In this document: positions 48,520 to 58,611 of the stretch, piece after piece
Layout of the letters: each line of letters begins with the position of its first letter
How positions within the stretch are numbered: the first letter of the stretch is position 1
Source: Candidatus Babeliales bacterium
Lineage (GTDB): Bacteria > Babelota > Babeliae > Babelales > JBFXEV01
Length of the DNA stretch: 64,000 nt
Assembly (NCBI GenBank): GCA_050179755.1
Contig: JBFXEV010000001.1
Location: 1,161,994 to 1,225,993 of the forward strand
Direction of reading: 5' to 3'
Translations under genes and position numbers: made by a program
Notes under the pieces: generated by a model
Seen by the model: the letters and a program-made list of their open reading frames with translations, nothing else
The model's database searches: none
Told to the model about the DNA's origin: nothing

Positions 48520-48563
48520 CCCTTCGATACTATTCTGCCACGCAGAATCATTCAGGGTGAGCG
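48520..48563. repeat. REP-like palindromic element, copy 2
   Basis: CCCTTCGATAC-TATTCTGCCACGCAGAAT-CATTCAGGGTGAGCG. Confidence 0.65.
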
Positions 48564-48690
48564 TCGCGCATCAAAATATTTCAATTTGTAACAATTTCCT
48601 CTAGGCGCAGTTTAGCCTAAATTTTCTTGAGTATTGTATTGTTTCTGGCAGACTTATACTATGTTTACGTGAAGCCTTATAAGGATCAGA

Positions 48691-51678
48691 ATGTCAGAGA
48701 ACAGCAGTACTAAAAAGTCAGAAAATAGCTTTAAAAACAGTCTTAATCTACCGCAGACTGATTTCCCTATTTGGCCTTCTCATGCAGAAATTGACGCTAA
48801 AATGCTCAAAAGATGGCAGGATGAAGGGCTTTATGCTAAAGCTATGGCTTATAATGCTGGTAAGTCCAAGTTTATCCTTAATGATGGCCCGCCTTATTCA
48901 AATGGGCATATTCATTTGGGCCACGCGTATAATAAAATTTTAAAAGATATTTCGTGTAAATCACGCCGCATGGCAGGTCTTCATGTGCCGACCGTCCCCG
49001 TGTGGGATTGCCATGGCTTGCCCATAGAGCTTAAGGTAACTCAAGAGCATCCTGGCTTGACTGGTATTTCTTTTATAGAAGCCTGCAGAATTTATGCTCA
49101 AAAATGGGTGAATATTCAGCGTGATGAATTTAAGAAATTAGGTGTCTTATTCGATTGGGATAATCCTCGCATGACGATGGACTATCCGTATGAGGCGAGC
49201 ATTCTCCGAGCGTTTGGTTCATTTGTAGCGCAAGGTTATATTGAACGTAAATTACGCACGGTGCCATGGTGTTATTCGTGCCAGACTGTGCTTGCAGCGG
49301 CAGAAATTGAATACCAAGAGCGCAAAGACCCTTCAGTGTATGTGCGTTTTCCATTGCCAGATGCTACGATAGCAAAAGCTTTGCCTGAACTTAAAGGTAA
49401 AGCGGTAAGTTTGCTCGTATGGACTACTACGCCGTGGACATTGCCATTAAACCGTGCCGTGCTCATGAAGCCTACTATTGAGTATGCTGTATTAGAGCAT
49501 GAAGGTAACTACTTTGTGGTAGGAGCGTCTCTTGCCGATGCTGTATGCGCCAAGGCTGGATTTGCAAAAAATGTAGTGACCACTGTTACTTCTGCAAATC
49601 TTGCAGGGCAATTGGTGAATCATCCGTTTATTGCGGGGCAACAAGTGCCTATAATTGTTGATACTATGGTAGCAACCGATGAAGGTACTGCATTTGTGCA
49701 TTGCGCGCCAGGATGTGGGCCAGTAGACTATGATGTTGCAGTAAAAAATAAATTAGAAGTATTTTCACCGTTAAGCCCTGACGGCAAATATACCAAGGGC
49801 ATACAGCCAGTTGAGCTTGAGGGCATGTCTATTGATGACGGCCAATGGTGGGTACTCAAAAAACTTGCAGAACTTGGCACTTTATTTGTAAAAGAGTCAG
49901 TGCGCCATTCATACCCTCATTGCTGGCGTTGCCATAAAGGGCTTATGTTTAGGGCAACAAAACAATGGTTTTGTAAGCTAGAGCATAAAAATTTAAAAGG
50001 ACGGGCATTAGAGGTAGTTGAAAATGAGCTTGTATTTATGCCGCCTACGGGCAAGCAATCCTTGCGTGCAACGATAGATACGCGCCTTGAATGGTGCCTT
50101 TCTCGCCAGCGCACTTGGGGCGTGCCTATACCGGGGCTTATCTGTAAAACATGTGATTGCGCTTTTATAAGCAAAGAGCTTATTGAGAAAGTAGCAGAGC
50201 ATGTGGAACACGAGGGCATCAGTTATTGGCAAAAAGTTTCGATTGAGCAATTGACAAATTCGCTTGAATGTAGAGAATGTAAGGGTACCATATTTGAAAA
50301 AGAGGCCGATATTATCGATGTTTGGTTTGAATCAGGTGTAAGCCATTATGCAGTACTTGAAAAAGATCCAATATTGCGGTATCCTGCTGATCTTTACTTA
50401 GAGGGTATAGATCAGTATAGAGCATGGTTCCAAAGCAGTTTGCTCACCAGCTTGGTAGTTGAAGGAACGCCATGCACCAAGGCCTTTTTGGCACATGGTT
50501 TTACCGTTGACGAGAAAGGGCATAAAATGTCTAAGTCTCTTGGCAACGTGGTGGCGCCTGATGATATCACCAAACAGTTGGGCACTGATGGGTTGCGATT
50601 ATGGGTGGCTAGTCTGGATTACGGTGATGATGCGGTAGTGTCTGAAAAGTTAATGAAAAACGTGGCCCAAGTATATCGCAAGGTGAGAAATACTTGTAGA
50701 TTCTTGCTTTCAAACCTTTATGACTTTGACATTACGCGTGATGCAGTTGAGCTTAATAAGTTACAGCTCATTGATCAACATGCGCTTTTGATGCTTTCTC
50801 AGTTTAATGATAGAGTACGCAAAGCATATGAAGATTATAATTTTACGGCAATATTCCATGAATTGGCAGATTATTCGTCAGTGGAATTGAGTGCGTTTTA
50901 TTTAGACGTTATCAAAGATCGTTTATACGTGGAAGATCCTACGGGTCACAAACGGCGATCGGCGCAAACGGCATGCTGGTACATTCTAGATACGTTAACC
51001 AAGCTTATGGCGCCAATTTTGTCATTTGCTGCAGAAGAAGTGTCTGATGAATATCAGAAAAATAAAACTGAATCAATTCACTTGCAGGGATTTGTTAATT
51101 TGGAGCCAGTGGTAAAAGCACTTGTAACGCAAGGGCAAAAAAGGCGTACAGAAAATAAAGGGGAAGTGTTTGATGGTGCTGCATTTATGGCACATCATGA
51201 ACGGCAATGGGAATTATTATTTAAAATAAGATCTCAAGTAATGAAGGCAATTGAAAAACAAAGAGAGTTAGGGATAATAAAACATCCTTTAGAAGTTGCG
51301 TTGACAATACGGTTTAATTTAGCAGAAGAAGAAATGGCTATGCTACAAGAATTTTTGAATGATTTAGAACAAACAGGTCAAAATCCTCAAGACTTTTACA
51401 AAGAGTTTTTCGTGGTATCAGAAGTAGATGATTACTATGATGACGAAGATGAATTTGATGATGAAGAAGATGAGTTTGAGGATGAAGACGAATTTGATGA
51501 CGAAGATGAAGACGAGGACGAAGATTTGTTCTACGATCTTTCTGGTCTAGAAGTACGTGTTGACAGAGCGAGCGGCGATAAATGCCCTCGCTGCTGGCAA
51601 TATGAGGTGACTGATCACGCGCTCAAATTGTGCTCGCGTTGCCAGTGTGTTATGGCCAAGCTTGAGGGTCATGCATAA
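48691..51678 (+). CDS. ileS: Isoleucine--tRNA ligase (type 1, C-terminal Zn finger) with acidic insertion
   Basis: DGPPYSNGHIHLGH, WDCHGLP, WTTTPWTLP, WCLSRQR, KMSKS, KCPRCW...CSRC. Confidence 0.97.
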   Translation: MSENSSTKKSENSFKNSLNLPQTDFPIWPSHAEIDAKMLKRWQDEGLYAKAMAYNAGKSKFILNDGPPYSNGHIHLGHAYNKILKDISCKSRRMAGLHVPTVPVWDCHGLPIELKVTQEHPGLTGISFIEACRIYAQKWVNIQRDEFKKLGVLFDWDNPRMTMDYPYEASILRAFGSFVAQGYIERKLRTVPWCYSCQTVLAAAEIEYQERKDPSVYVRFPLPDATIAKALPELKGKAVSLLVWTTTPWTLPLNRAVLMKPTIEYAVLEHEGNYFVVGASLADAVCAKAGFAKNVVTTVTSANLAGQLVNHPFIAGQQVPIIVDTMVATDEGTAFVHCAPGCGPVDYDVAVKNKLEVFSPLSPDGKYTKGIQPVELEGMSIDDGQWWVLKKLAELGTLFVKESVRHSYPHCWRCHKGLMFRATKQWFCKLEHKNLKGRALEVVENELVFMPPTGKQSLRATIDTRLEWCLSRQRTWGVPIPGLICKTCDCAFISKELIEKVAEHVEHEGISYWQKVSIEQLTNSLECRECKGTIFEKEADIIDVWFESGVSHYAVLEKDPILRYPADLYLEGIDQYRAWFQSSLLTSLVVEGTPCTKAFLAHGFTVDEKGHKMSKSLGNVVAPDDITKQLGTDGLRLWVASLDYGDDAVVSEKLMKNVAQVYRKVRNTCRFLLSNLYDFDITRDAVELNKLQLIDQHALLMLSQFNDRVRKAYEDYNFTAIFHELADYSSVELSAFYLDVIKDRLYVEDPTGHKRRSAQTACWYILDTLTKLMAPILSFAAEEVSDEYQKNKTESIHLQGFVNLEPVVKALVTQGQKRRTENKGEVFDGAAFMAHHERQWELLFKIRSQVMKAIEKQRELGIIKHPLEVALTIRFNLAEEEMAMLQEFLNDLEQTGQNPQDFYKEFFVVSEVDDYYDDEDEFDDEEDEFEDEDEFDDEDEDEDEDLFYDLSGLEVRVDRASGDKCPRCWQYEVTDHALKLCSRCQCVMAKLEGHA

Positions 51679-51768
51679 TGAACGCAAAATTTCTTAGCTG
51701 CTAATACAATACTAGTTTATTTGTTAGCAGCTGAGTAGATTTTTGTGATTAGAAATTAATTATCATGT

Positions 51769-52494
51769 CTATTCTGAATCCTCTTGTGAGTCTTCATTTC
51801 CTGCCAATTCCTTTTGTGCACGGCGTAATTCCATTAACATATTTGTTCTGCTTAGTGCTGCCGTAGCGGGTGAGTCTTTTTCTTGTGCATCATGTACTTC
51901 TTTTCTGAACATTAATGGCGTTGCTTCAATAGCAGCAGTTAAACATGCTATCATGTCCTCATTTTTTTTTGCCTTTGCGTAATCGAGTGGCGTATTATTG
52001 GCATTATCGTTTGCCTCTTTATCGGCTCCAAAACTCACGAGTGCTTTGGCAATTGTATTTTGTCCGCGAATAACAGCTTCATGCAGGGCAGTCATGCCCA
52101 TACTGTTAGTAGCATCAAGAGCATCAACTTGTGCTGCTTGCACCATAAGAAAATGAGCAATTTTCCCGCGTGCGCGCGAGCTGCCATCATGTGCTGCAAA
52201 ATGCAAGGCTGTTTGCCCTAGTGGTCCTGCCATAGTAAGGCTTGCGTTATGTTGTGTCACTAGCGCTTTTACTGTCTTAAGTTTGCCGGCAATTACCGCT
52301 ATCATAAGTGGCGTGTGCCCTGTAGCATTAAGAGCATCTATTGCTTTTGCATCTTTACTCTGTGCTAAATACTGGCTGATACCATTTAAATCTCCCATTC
52401 TTGCAGCTTCGTGTAATGCAAAATCACTTTGCATGCTATAAAGGGAAAAGACATTCATAAAAAATACAAAGGAAAGCATTATATTTATTTTCAT
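51769..52494 (-). CDS. Secreted ankyrin-repeat protein
   Basis: Signal ending LYS|MQ; GHTPLMIA, GQTALHFA, GMTALHEA, NTPLDYA. Confidence 0.92.
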   Translation of the reverse strand: MKINIMLSFVFFMNVFSLYSMQSDFALHEAARMGDLNGISQYLAQSKDAKAIDALNATGHTPLMIAVIAGKLKTVKALVTQHNASLTMAGPLGQTALHFAAHDGSSRARGKIAHFLMVQAAQVDALDATNSMGMTALHEAVIRGQNTIAKALVSFGADKEANDNANNTPLDYAKAKKNEDMIACLTAAIEATPLMFRKEVHDAQEKDSPATAALSRTNMLMELRRAQKELAGNEDSQEDSE

Positions 52495-52581
52495 GAGAGT
52501 GCTTCTTTCTTTTTACTTCATGTTCTAGGCTTGTTAATGTAAATGTATGAAGTTTGCAAGGATACTTTCAAGAGTTGCAAT

Positions 52582-52612
52582 AAAAAAGGGCATCTTACTA
52601 TAAGATGCCCTT
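52582..52612 (-). terminator. Rho-independent terminator
   Basis: AAGGGCATCTTA...TAAGATGCCCTT with T-run on the minus strand. Confidence 0.75.
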
Positions 52613-52632
52613 ATAATGGTAATTTAAAATAC

Positions 52633-54960
52633 TTACATTGATTGTGCTATTTCGCCCAACTTTGTATACGCTTTAGTAAGCTTTTTAATCTTCTCTTTAT
52701 CAGCGTTACTTATTGGTAGAGGGATTCCTGGTTGGCCACCTTGGCTGCGTCGTAATGGGTTTGGCGTATCAAGTTCAACAAGGTCTGCAAATACTACATT
52801 TGCATCGCCAGTTACCAGTTGATCTACTATCACTTTCTTAACGTCTTTATTATAACGAGGAAGCACCAACTTTACTGCAGGCTTTTTGGTGTTATCTTCA
52901 ATGCGTTTGACCGTTTCTTCAAGACCTTTGGCCATATCGTCTATAACAGCGCCTGTTTTTGGAGTAATAATACCGCCTGGAGCGCGTATAGTACCTAAAA
53001 GCGATTTATTTGTGAGAGCGATATCTGTTGCTTTGGTGAGTGTCTTTTTCACCGCAGACGGTTCTGAATCAGTGACTGCATAAGCAAGCCTTGTGAGCTC
53101 GCTTTGCAGATTTTCAATGATGTTATTTTTGTTTGCGCCAGCACCAACGCCAAAATAAGCATTTTTTTGTGCATCAGTAAATCCAGCAGGAGCTATTTTG
53201 GTATCCGTGTGTGCAAAGAGCTTTTCAAGATGTCTCTTTAATTGTGCATCATTTAGTATGATTTCATTAAATGATTTTTCAATGCTATCATAATACTTCT
53301 TAAGCTCTTTATCTTTATCATCTTTTAATTTGCCAAGTGCTTCTATGTCTTTGGCAATTTTTGTTGTTATATCTGCAGCTTTTTTTGTGGTGGCTGTCAT
53401 GTGCCCAATATTTACGCCATCGGCTTGCACAACACCTATTGCAGGGCTTGGGAATAATCCGTTCACAGCTACACCAGTAGCAACAGCAGTTGCTTTGAGC
53501 GCTTCAAATTCTGGTTTTAGCTTTGGCGCAAGCATATCAGCAGAAAGCTTTGCTTCTTTAGCTTCATCTTTTTTCTTATCTTTGTCGCCATCTTTTTTAT
53601 CTTTACCATCTTTACTTTTATCGTCTTTTTTACCCGCGCCATCTTTTTTATCCTTGCCGTCTTTCCCTTTATCTTTGCCTTTTGCTTGGTCGGCGGTTAA
53701 TGGCTGCATTCTGCCAGCTTCGCGGTCAAAGTCTGGGTATTCGCGTTTCTCCCAACCAAGCCCTGGCGTTTTTGCGCTAGTCTCTCTGTCTGTTCTTCTA
53801 TCGCCAAATGAAGGCCAATCAAAAATTGGCGGAAGAAATTGAATTGGTTGGCTTGCAACTTTCGCGCGATAATCACGCGCTTCTTTTTCTTTGGCTTCTT
53901 GCGCCTCTTTTAATTTTAAAGCTTCCGGGTCAAATTGGCGGAGTAATTTTTTGGCGTCTTCTATGATCATATGTTTATACACTGCAGTGTGTAGTGCTTG
54001 CAGCAATGCAAGAAACGCTTGGGCGGATGTTTCTTTTTGCTCAATACGTTTATAGGCATCAAAGATTTCATTATAATCTTGCTGTGCAATTTTAAATTGA
54101 GCCTCAAGCTCTGCTGGTGCAAGGCCTTGGCGTTTGAGTTTGTCTTTAATCGCAAATGGATTTTTTTGCGTTGCAAGTTCGGTATAGCGTTTATCTACTT
54201 CTGCTTTTGAAATGTTAGATGTTGCAAAACCAAGAATTTGGTAGGGATCTACAAAATCTATGTCCAGCATTTCCTCTACTTGCACGCGCGGTTCATCTAC
54301 GGATAAGCTTGCATTGAGTGAAACTAAATGATCATAAAAGCTGGCAAATTCAGGTTGTTGTATATATTTTGCAAGATTTTCATCTTGAATCGTGGTTAAA
54401 TAATACGCAATATCATTGAGAATATACTCCCATGGATTTAGTTCTCGCTGCACGGCAGTACGCGTTGCGGCTTTTTGTCTGAGTGATGCAATCTTTGAGA
54501 CAATGGAGCCTAAGAGCGCTTGCACTTGTTTCAGTTTGCTTTTATCAACTTGCATAATCGGCGTCATGGGAGTTGAAGGTTTAGTTGCAACAAGCGGAGC
54601 AGGAGCTTCTTCTTCTGGTGCGGGCGCAGGCATTGCAGCGCGTTCTTTTTCTATTTCTTGTTCTAAATTTTGCATAAATTCTTGCGGCGTACTCTTAATC
54701 ATGGCATCAATGATGTTATCAAGTTCGCCACTTTGCTCCAATTCCTTCATAAGTACATCTAGCTCACCACTTTGTTCCATTTCTTTCATTAATTTTTCTA
54801 TTTCTCCACCAGAAGCTTGGTTCATGTCTTCATACATTTTTGCCCACGCATCAAGATTTTCAGCTTCGGTAGCGGCAAAAGTAATTGAAGAAAAGAGAAG
54901 CATGATACCCAATGGTACAGCGAGTAAAATGCTTGCAATGTGTGAAAATATTTTTTTCAT
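52633..54960 (-). CDS. Large secreted coiled-coil protein with a degenerate J-domain and a K/D-rich linker
   Basis: Signal ending TFA; DPYQILG...EVDKRYTELA...YNEIFDAYKRI; KDGKDKKD repeats. Confidence 0.75.
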   Translation of the reverse strand: MKKIFSHIASILLAVPLGIMLLFSSITFAATEAENLDAWAKMYEDMNQASGGEIEKLMKEMEQSGELDVLMKELEQSGELDNIIDAMIKSTPQEFMQNLEQEIEKERAAMPAPAPEEEAPAPLVATKPSTPMTPIMQVDKSKLKQVQALLGSIVSKIASLRQKAATRTAVQRELNPWEYILNDIAYYLTTIQDENLAKYIQQPEFASFYDHLVSLNASLSVDEPRVQVEEMLDIDFVDPYQILGFATSNISKAEVDKRYTELATQKNPFAIKDKLKRQGLAPAELEAQFKIAQQDYNEIFDAYKRIEQKETSAQAFLALLQALHTAVYKHMIIEDAKKLLRQFDPEALKLKEAQEAKEKEARDYRAKVASQPIQFLPPIFDWPSFGDRRTDRETSAKTPGLGWEKREYPDFDREAGRMQPLTADQAKGKDKGKDGKDKKDGAGKKDDKSKDGKDKKDGDKDKKKDEAKEAKLSADMLAPKLKPEFEALKATAVATGVAVNGLFPSPAIGVVQADGVNIGHMTATTKKAADITTKIAKDIEALGKLKDDKDKELKKYYDSIEKSFNEIILNDAQLKRHLEKLFAHTDTKIAPAGFTDAQKNAYFGVGAGANKNNIIENLQSELTRLAYAVTDSEPSAVKKTLTKATDIALTNKSLLGTIRAPGGIITPKTGAVIDDMAKGLEETVKRIEDNTKKPAVKLVLPRYNKDVKKVIVDQLVTGDANVVFADLVELDTPNPLRRSQGGQPGIPLPISNADKEKIKKLTKAYTKLGEIAQSM

Positions 54961-55020
54961 TGATGCCTCGTGCTAAGGTAAGTAGGTAAGTTATACCATC
55001 CGTAAAGGATTGATCTGAGT

Positions 55021-55410
55021 ATGTTTAGTAGTAATTTTACCATAAACCGCTTGTGTAAGCAAAGACAAGCATTTGCTTGCCCAGGATTTCTTTGTATTGA
55101 ATTGCTTCAAGGGTTATTGCTTCTGAGCGTGCTACTGTTGCTTATGAGCGCTTTTCATGTGCTCAGTGTGTATACACAAGAGCAAACGGTGCAACGCTTG
55201 CAAGCATTAGATTATATTGCAAGTGAATTGGTAGGCGCGCATAACATGCCGCAAGATAATGCAATGCGCGTGACGTATAAAGAACACGAGTGTCACGTTA
55301 TAGAGTTTGCTCACATAATGCAAAAGCCGGTATACGTTGTGCAAAAAGAGGTTAAAGCCATGTGGCATGATTCGCGCGGCAAATTGCATAGCATTCGAGT
55401 GGTATCATGA
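55021..55410 (+). CDS. Prepilin-like protein (PilV/GspI-like)
   Basis: PG|FLCIELLQGLLLLSVLLL: Gly-Phe cleavage site, Glu at +5, hydrophobic helix. Confidence 0.6.
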   Translation: MFSSNFTINRLCKQRQAFACPGFLCIELLQGLLLLSVLLLLMSAFHVLSVYTQEQTVQRLQALDYIASELVGAHNMPQDNAMRVTYKEHECHVIEFAHIMQKPVYVVQKEVKAMWHDSRGKLHSIRVVS

Positions 55411-55919
55411 ATAAGCATGTACGTGTTGGTTTTTTTATGACAGAGTTTTTGTTGTATCTTGCTTTGAGCGCATGCTCGGCAATTTTTATTATGCGGTATA
55501 TTTATGGTACGTCAATGCGATTACGCGCAACCACGTTGCAAACTGATCGCATAGCTTCACTTGCTAGTGCACTTGATGCGATTTGCAATGATGTGGTGCA
55601 TGCTCCATGCGCCGTGCATGAATGGCGCACGCTCAATGATCATGAACTTGCTTGGCAACATGGCAACGTGCGTATTGGATGGAAGCTGGAAGACGGTAGC
55701 TTTAAAAGAACGCAACAAACTTATAATTTGCGTAAACAAAAGTGGAAGCGGCAGGTCACGCACATTGCAGTAGAAGACGTTGATGCGGTACAGTATATTC
55801 CGCAGTATCAAGGCAACGCCTTGCGTTTAATGACGATAAAACTTTGTGGCAAGGTGGCGGTTGGTAAAACACATTGTATTGAACGTTCGGTTTTATTACA
55901 ACAAAATGTGGTGATATGA
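55407..55919 (+). CDS. Prepilin-like protein (PilW/GspJ-like)
   Basis: VG|FFMTEFLLYLAL; ATGA overlap with the upstream gene. Confidence 0.65.
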   Translation: MNKHVRVGFFMTEFLLYLALSACSAIFIMRYIYGTSMRLRATTLQTDRIASLASALDAICNDVVHAPCAVHEWRTLNDHELAWQHGNVRIGWKLEDGSFKRTQQTYNLRKQKWKRQVTHIAVEDVDAVQYIPQYQGNALRLMTIKLCGKVAVGKTHCIERSVLLQQNVVI

Positions 55920-56338
55920 AGCAAAATCACCCGCAGCAGGGCTCAATGATGTTGCTTGTTGTGGTACTTATGAGTATACTTTTAGTTTTATGTACGCGTA
56001 TGTGGCGATCAACTGCATATAGTGTTGATATTGCAGTGCAAAAACAAATTCATATGCAAAAAAAATGGGCAGTGCAAGGTATATTGAACTGTGGTATAGA
56101 GGCATGTAAAATTGATTTTGAAGCTTTGTATGCAAGAGTAGAAGAACAGGGCGGTGAGCTTACGGTGCCCATTACTTCATATGCCTTTGATGTGCCGCAC
56201 GTTGCACATCTAACTTTTTTATTAACATTTAAAGCGAGCAAACTTAATACATTAGATCTAACGGCACAAATTCTGGAAGATAAAAAACTGATTATACAAA
56301 CATCAACAATTGTTTCTAGAACAAGTATTGTCGCATAA
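55916..56338 (+). CDS. Prepilin-like protein (PilX/GspK-like)
   Basis: QQG|SMMLLVVVLMSILLVL without Glu+5, as in PilX/GspK; ATGA overlap. Confidence 0.65.
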   Translation: MKQNHPQQGSMMLLVVVLMSILLVLCTRMWRSTAYSVDIAVQKQIHMQKKWAVQGILNCGIEACKIDFEALYARVEEQGGELTVPITSYAFDVPHVAHLTFLLTFKASKLNTLDLTAQILEDKKLIIQTSTIVSRTSIVA

Positions 56339-56441
56339 TGCATCATTATGGTAAGTATAAACCCATTTTACGATCGCACACAATTAAAGCTATACTAAGG
56401 CTATGGCAAAAGAAAATTACCTAATAGAAGGAACTATTTTT

Positions 56442-57002
56442 ATGAATAAGAACTACAAAAAAGTTAAAATGTTAGCTGTTTTATTATTGGGGGGATTTTG
56501 TTTTTCTGCTTATGCAATGAATTCAGAAGAAATTGTTCAAGAATCTCCCTATCAGAAATTAATGAATTCTGCTTGTCAAAATGACAATGATGCTGTTACA
56601 GCATTGTTAGCTCAACATCCAGAGTTAGCAAAAGAAGCTACCTCTACTAACCAAGGAATTGATCCACTTAGATGGGCAGCACATCACGGCAATGTAGATA
56701 TGGCGAAACTATTATTGGCTAAAGGATTTACCTTAAGAAAATCAAATGATGGTGCAACAGCATTTCACTCTGCAGCTTATGAAAAACATCATGAAGTTTT
56801 GGCATTGCTCTTAGATCAAGCAGATGCGTCAGCATTAACAACATTGCTTGCTTCTAAAGCTAAAATTAATCATTTATATTTGACACCTTATGAAGCTGCT
56901 TGTGATCGTATTAATAATCCTTGCGCAGAGTTGCTTGAGCCTAGTGCTGTGCAACAGAGAATCGATGTGCGTGGTGCGCTTGCAGCGGAAAATGCAGAAT
57001 AA
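56442..57002 (+). CDS. Secreted ankyrin-repeat protein
   Basis: Signal ending AYA|MN; PLRWAAHHG, ATAFHSAA, LTPYEAA; ATG 56442 preferred over 56403. Confidence 0.85.
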   Translation: MNKNYKKVKMLAVLLLGGFCFSAYAMNSEEIVQESPYQKLMNSACQNDNDAVTALLAQHPELAKEATSTNQGIDPLRWAAHHGNVDMAKLLLAKGFTLRKSNDGATAFHSAAYEKHHEVLALLLDQADASALTTLLASKAKINHLYLTPYEAACDRINNPCAELLEPSAVQQRIDVRGALAAENAE

Positions 57003-57072
57003 TACTAATAATGGCATGATGTGTTAGATGTTGGGCTGAAATTGTGGATAATAATATTAAGGAGAAGCTAGT

Positions 57073-58611
57073 ATGAAGAAAAGAATAAGTTTACGCCATC
57101 TTATTTCTATATATTGCCTTGTATATATGCCACTTACTCTTGCTATGGATAGAACAAAAAAGGCACTGATGTTAAAAAAAGTTGGCGAACATGCTCAGCA
57201 TACAACCAATACGTTGCAAATGACGTTGCCAACTTCAGCGCAACCAGAGATAAGCGATTTGCGAGAAGTAAAAGTTTTTAGATTGGTGCGTTATGTTGGA
57301 ACACTTGCTGATGCAATCAATCAATCTCAAGATGGTCAAGGAGTTACTTGCCTTGCAGATAAAATGAGATTGGTGGAAAAGTTGCGCGGCCTTGGGGTAA
57401 CGCAAAATGATGCAGTCGCATTAGACCAAATTGAGCAAGACGTATTGCATGAAGTAGAATCAACACTTATTACTTCAGTTGAAGAAGCGCTTAATTTCAT
57501 ATCTCAAGAATTTGGGGTAGAATTTTCTGATGCAAGTGAAAGCCAAACAGAATTGAACTCTCACAGTACTGAATCTCCAGCACCAAGAGTGATGCGGCAC
57601 AAACCTTTAATTATACAAAAAAAGGATACTCAAATATATAAAGCGCTTGCATCAGGTAATCCTGCTACGCTACAAGAGCTTCTTGCAGGCGGTAATACTC
57701 CTGAATTAGACCCTAAAAGATGTACTATTGAGGGTGGCAATGGCGATACGCCGTTATTTTGGGTGCTTGATCCTGAGCTTAAAATTTCTACACAAGCAAG
57801 AAAAGAGATGATTGACTTGCTTTTGGCAGAACGTGTGAGTATTGCCAAAGTTAATGATAATGGTCACACCGTAGTGCATGAGGCGATCTTGAGTGAGCAT
57901 CCCGAAGTTGCTGCATTGTTTCCTTATTTATTTGAAAAAGAAATGACTGAAGGTCTTATTAACCTTCAAGGTCAAACGCCGCTCCATGTGGCAGTTGCAC
58001 AAGGCCTAGTTGATAAAGTGCAGTATATTCTTTCATTGCGCACATCTGCGTTGGAGGAACCTGATTTTGAAAATCAAACGCCGTTACAAGTAGCTTTCAA
58101 TAAACATTTGCCTTCAAAAGATAAATTGGTGATAGCGCATGCATTAATTGAAGCAGGAGCTAATATGGAAGTTACTAATGCAGAAGGCGTGCCACTCATT
58201 TTTGATGTAGTCAATCGGGTAGATCTTGCGGGTGTAGAATTACTTCTCGGGCATGGGGCAAATTGCAGGAGTGTTAATTTACAAAATCATACGTTGTTGG
58301 AATTTGCTCAAGCAAAAATTGGCAAAACAGAAAAACCAGAAGTTGCCCAAAGAATATATGATGTTATAAAGGAATATGTTGAGGGTAAAAGGTTGCCAAG
58401 CTTTTTAAAAGTTGAGGCATCAAAATCGGCTGCTGCAAGCCCTTATGTGAGCATTACTGTTCCTGCAAGCTTACAAGGTCAAGTTGATATGCAAAAATTT
58501 AGAGAAAATATTATACGTGCTTTTGTAACACCGGGCCAAGATGGTGCTTCGTTACTGCAAAAAATGTTAGTTGCATCATTGAATGAAAATAAGGAAGAAT
58601 CACATGAATAA
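57073..58611 (+). CDS. Secreted ankyrin-repeat protein
   Basis: Signal ending TLA|MD; GDTPLF, GHTVVHEA, GQTPLHVA. Confidence 0.9.
   Translation: MKKRISLRHLISIYCLVYMPLTLAMDRTKKALMLKKVGEHAQHTTNTLQMTLPTSAQPEISDLREVKVFRLVRYVGTLADAINQSQDGQGVTCLADKMRLVEKLRGLGVTQNDAVALDQIEQDVLHEVESTLITSVEEALNFISQEFGVEFSDASESQTELNSHSTESPAPRVMRHKPLIIQKKDTQIYKALASGNPATLQELLAGGNTPELDPKRCTIEGGNGDTPLFWVLDPELKISTQARKEMIDLLLAERVSIAKVNDNGHTVVHEAILSEHPEVAALFPYLFEKEMTEGLINLQGQTPLHVAVAQGLVDKVQYILSLRTSALEEPDFENQTPLQVAFNKHLPSKDKLVIAHALIEAGANMEVTNAEGVPLIFDVVNRVDLAGVELLLGHGANCRSVNLQNHTLLEFAQAKIGKTEKPEVAQRIYDVIKEYVEGKRLPSFLKVEASKSAAASPYVSITVPASLQGQVDMQKFRENIIRAFVTPGQDGASLLQKMLVASLNENKEESHE

Noticed and set aside
53330..54976. Plus-strand ORFs of 170 and 186 aa
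   Set aside because: Ser/Phe/Leu-rich antisense shadows of the 775-aa gene
57043..57051. Perfect DnaA box (TGTGGATAA) as a sign of oriC
   Set aside because: Single copy in a ~70-bp gap; can occur by chance in 64 kb of AT-rich DNA
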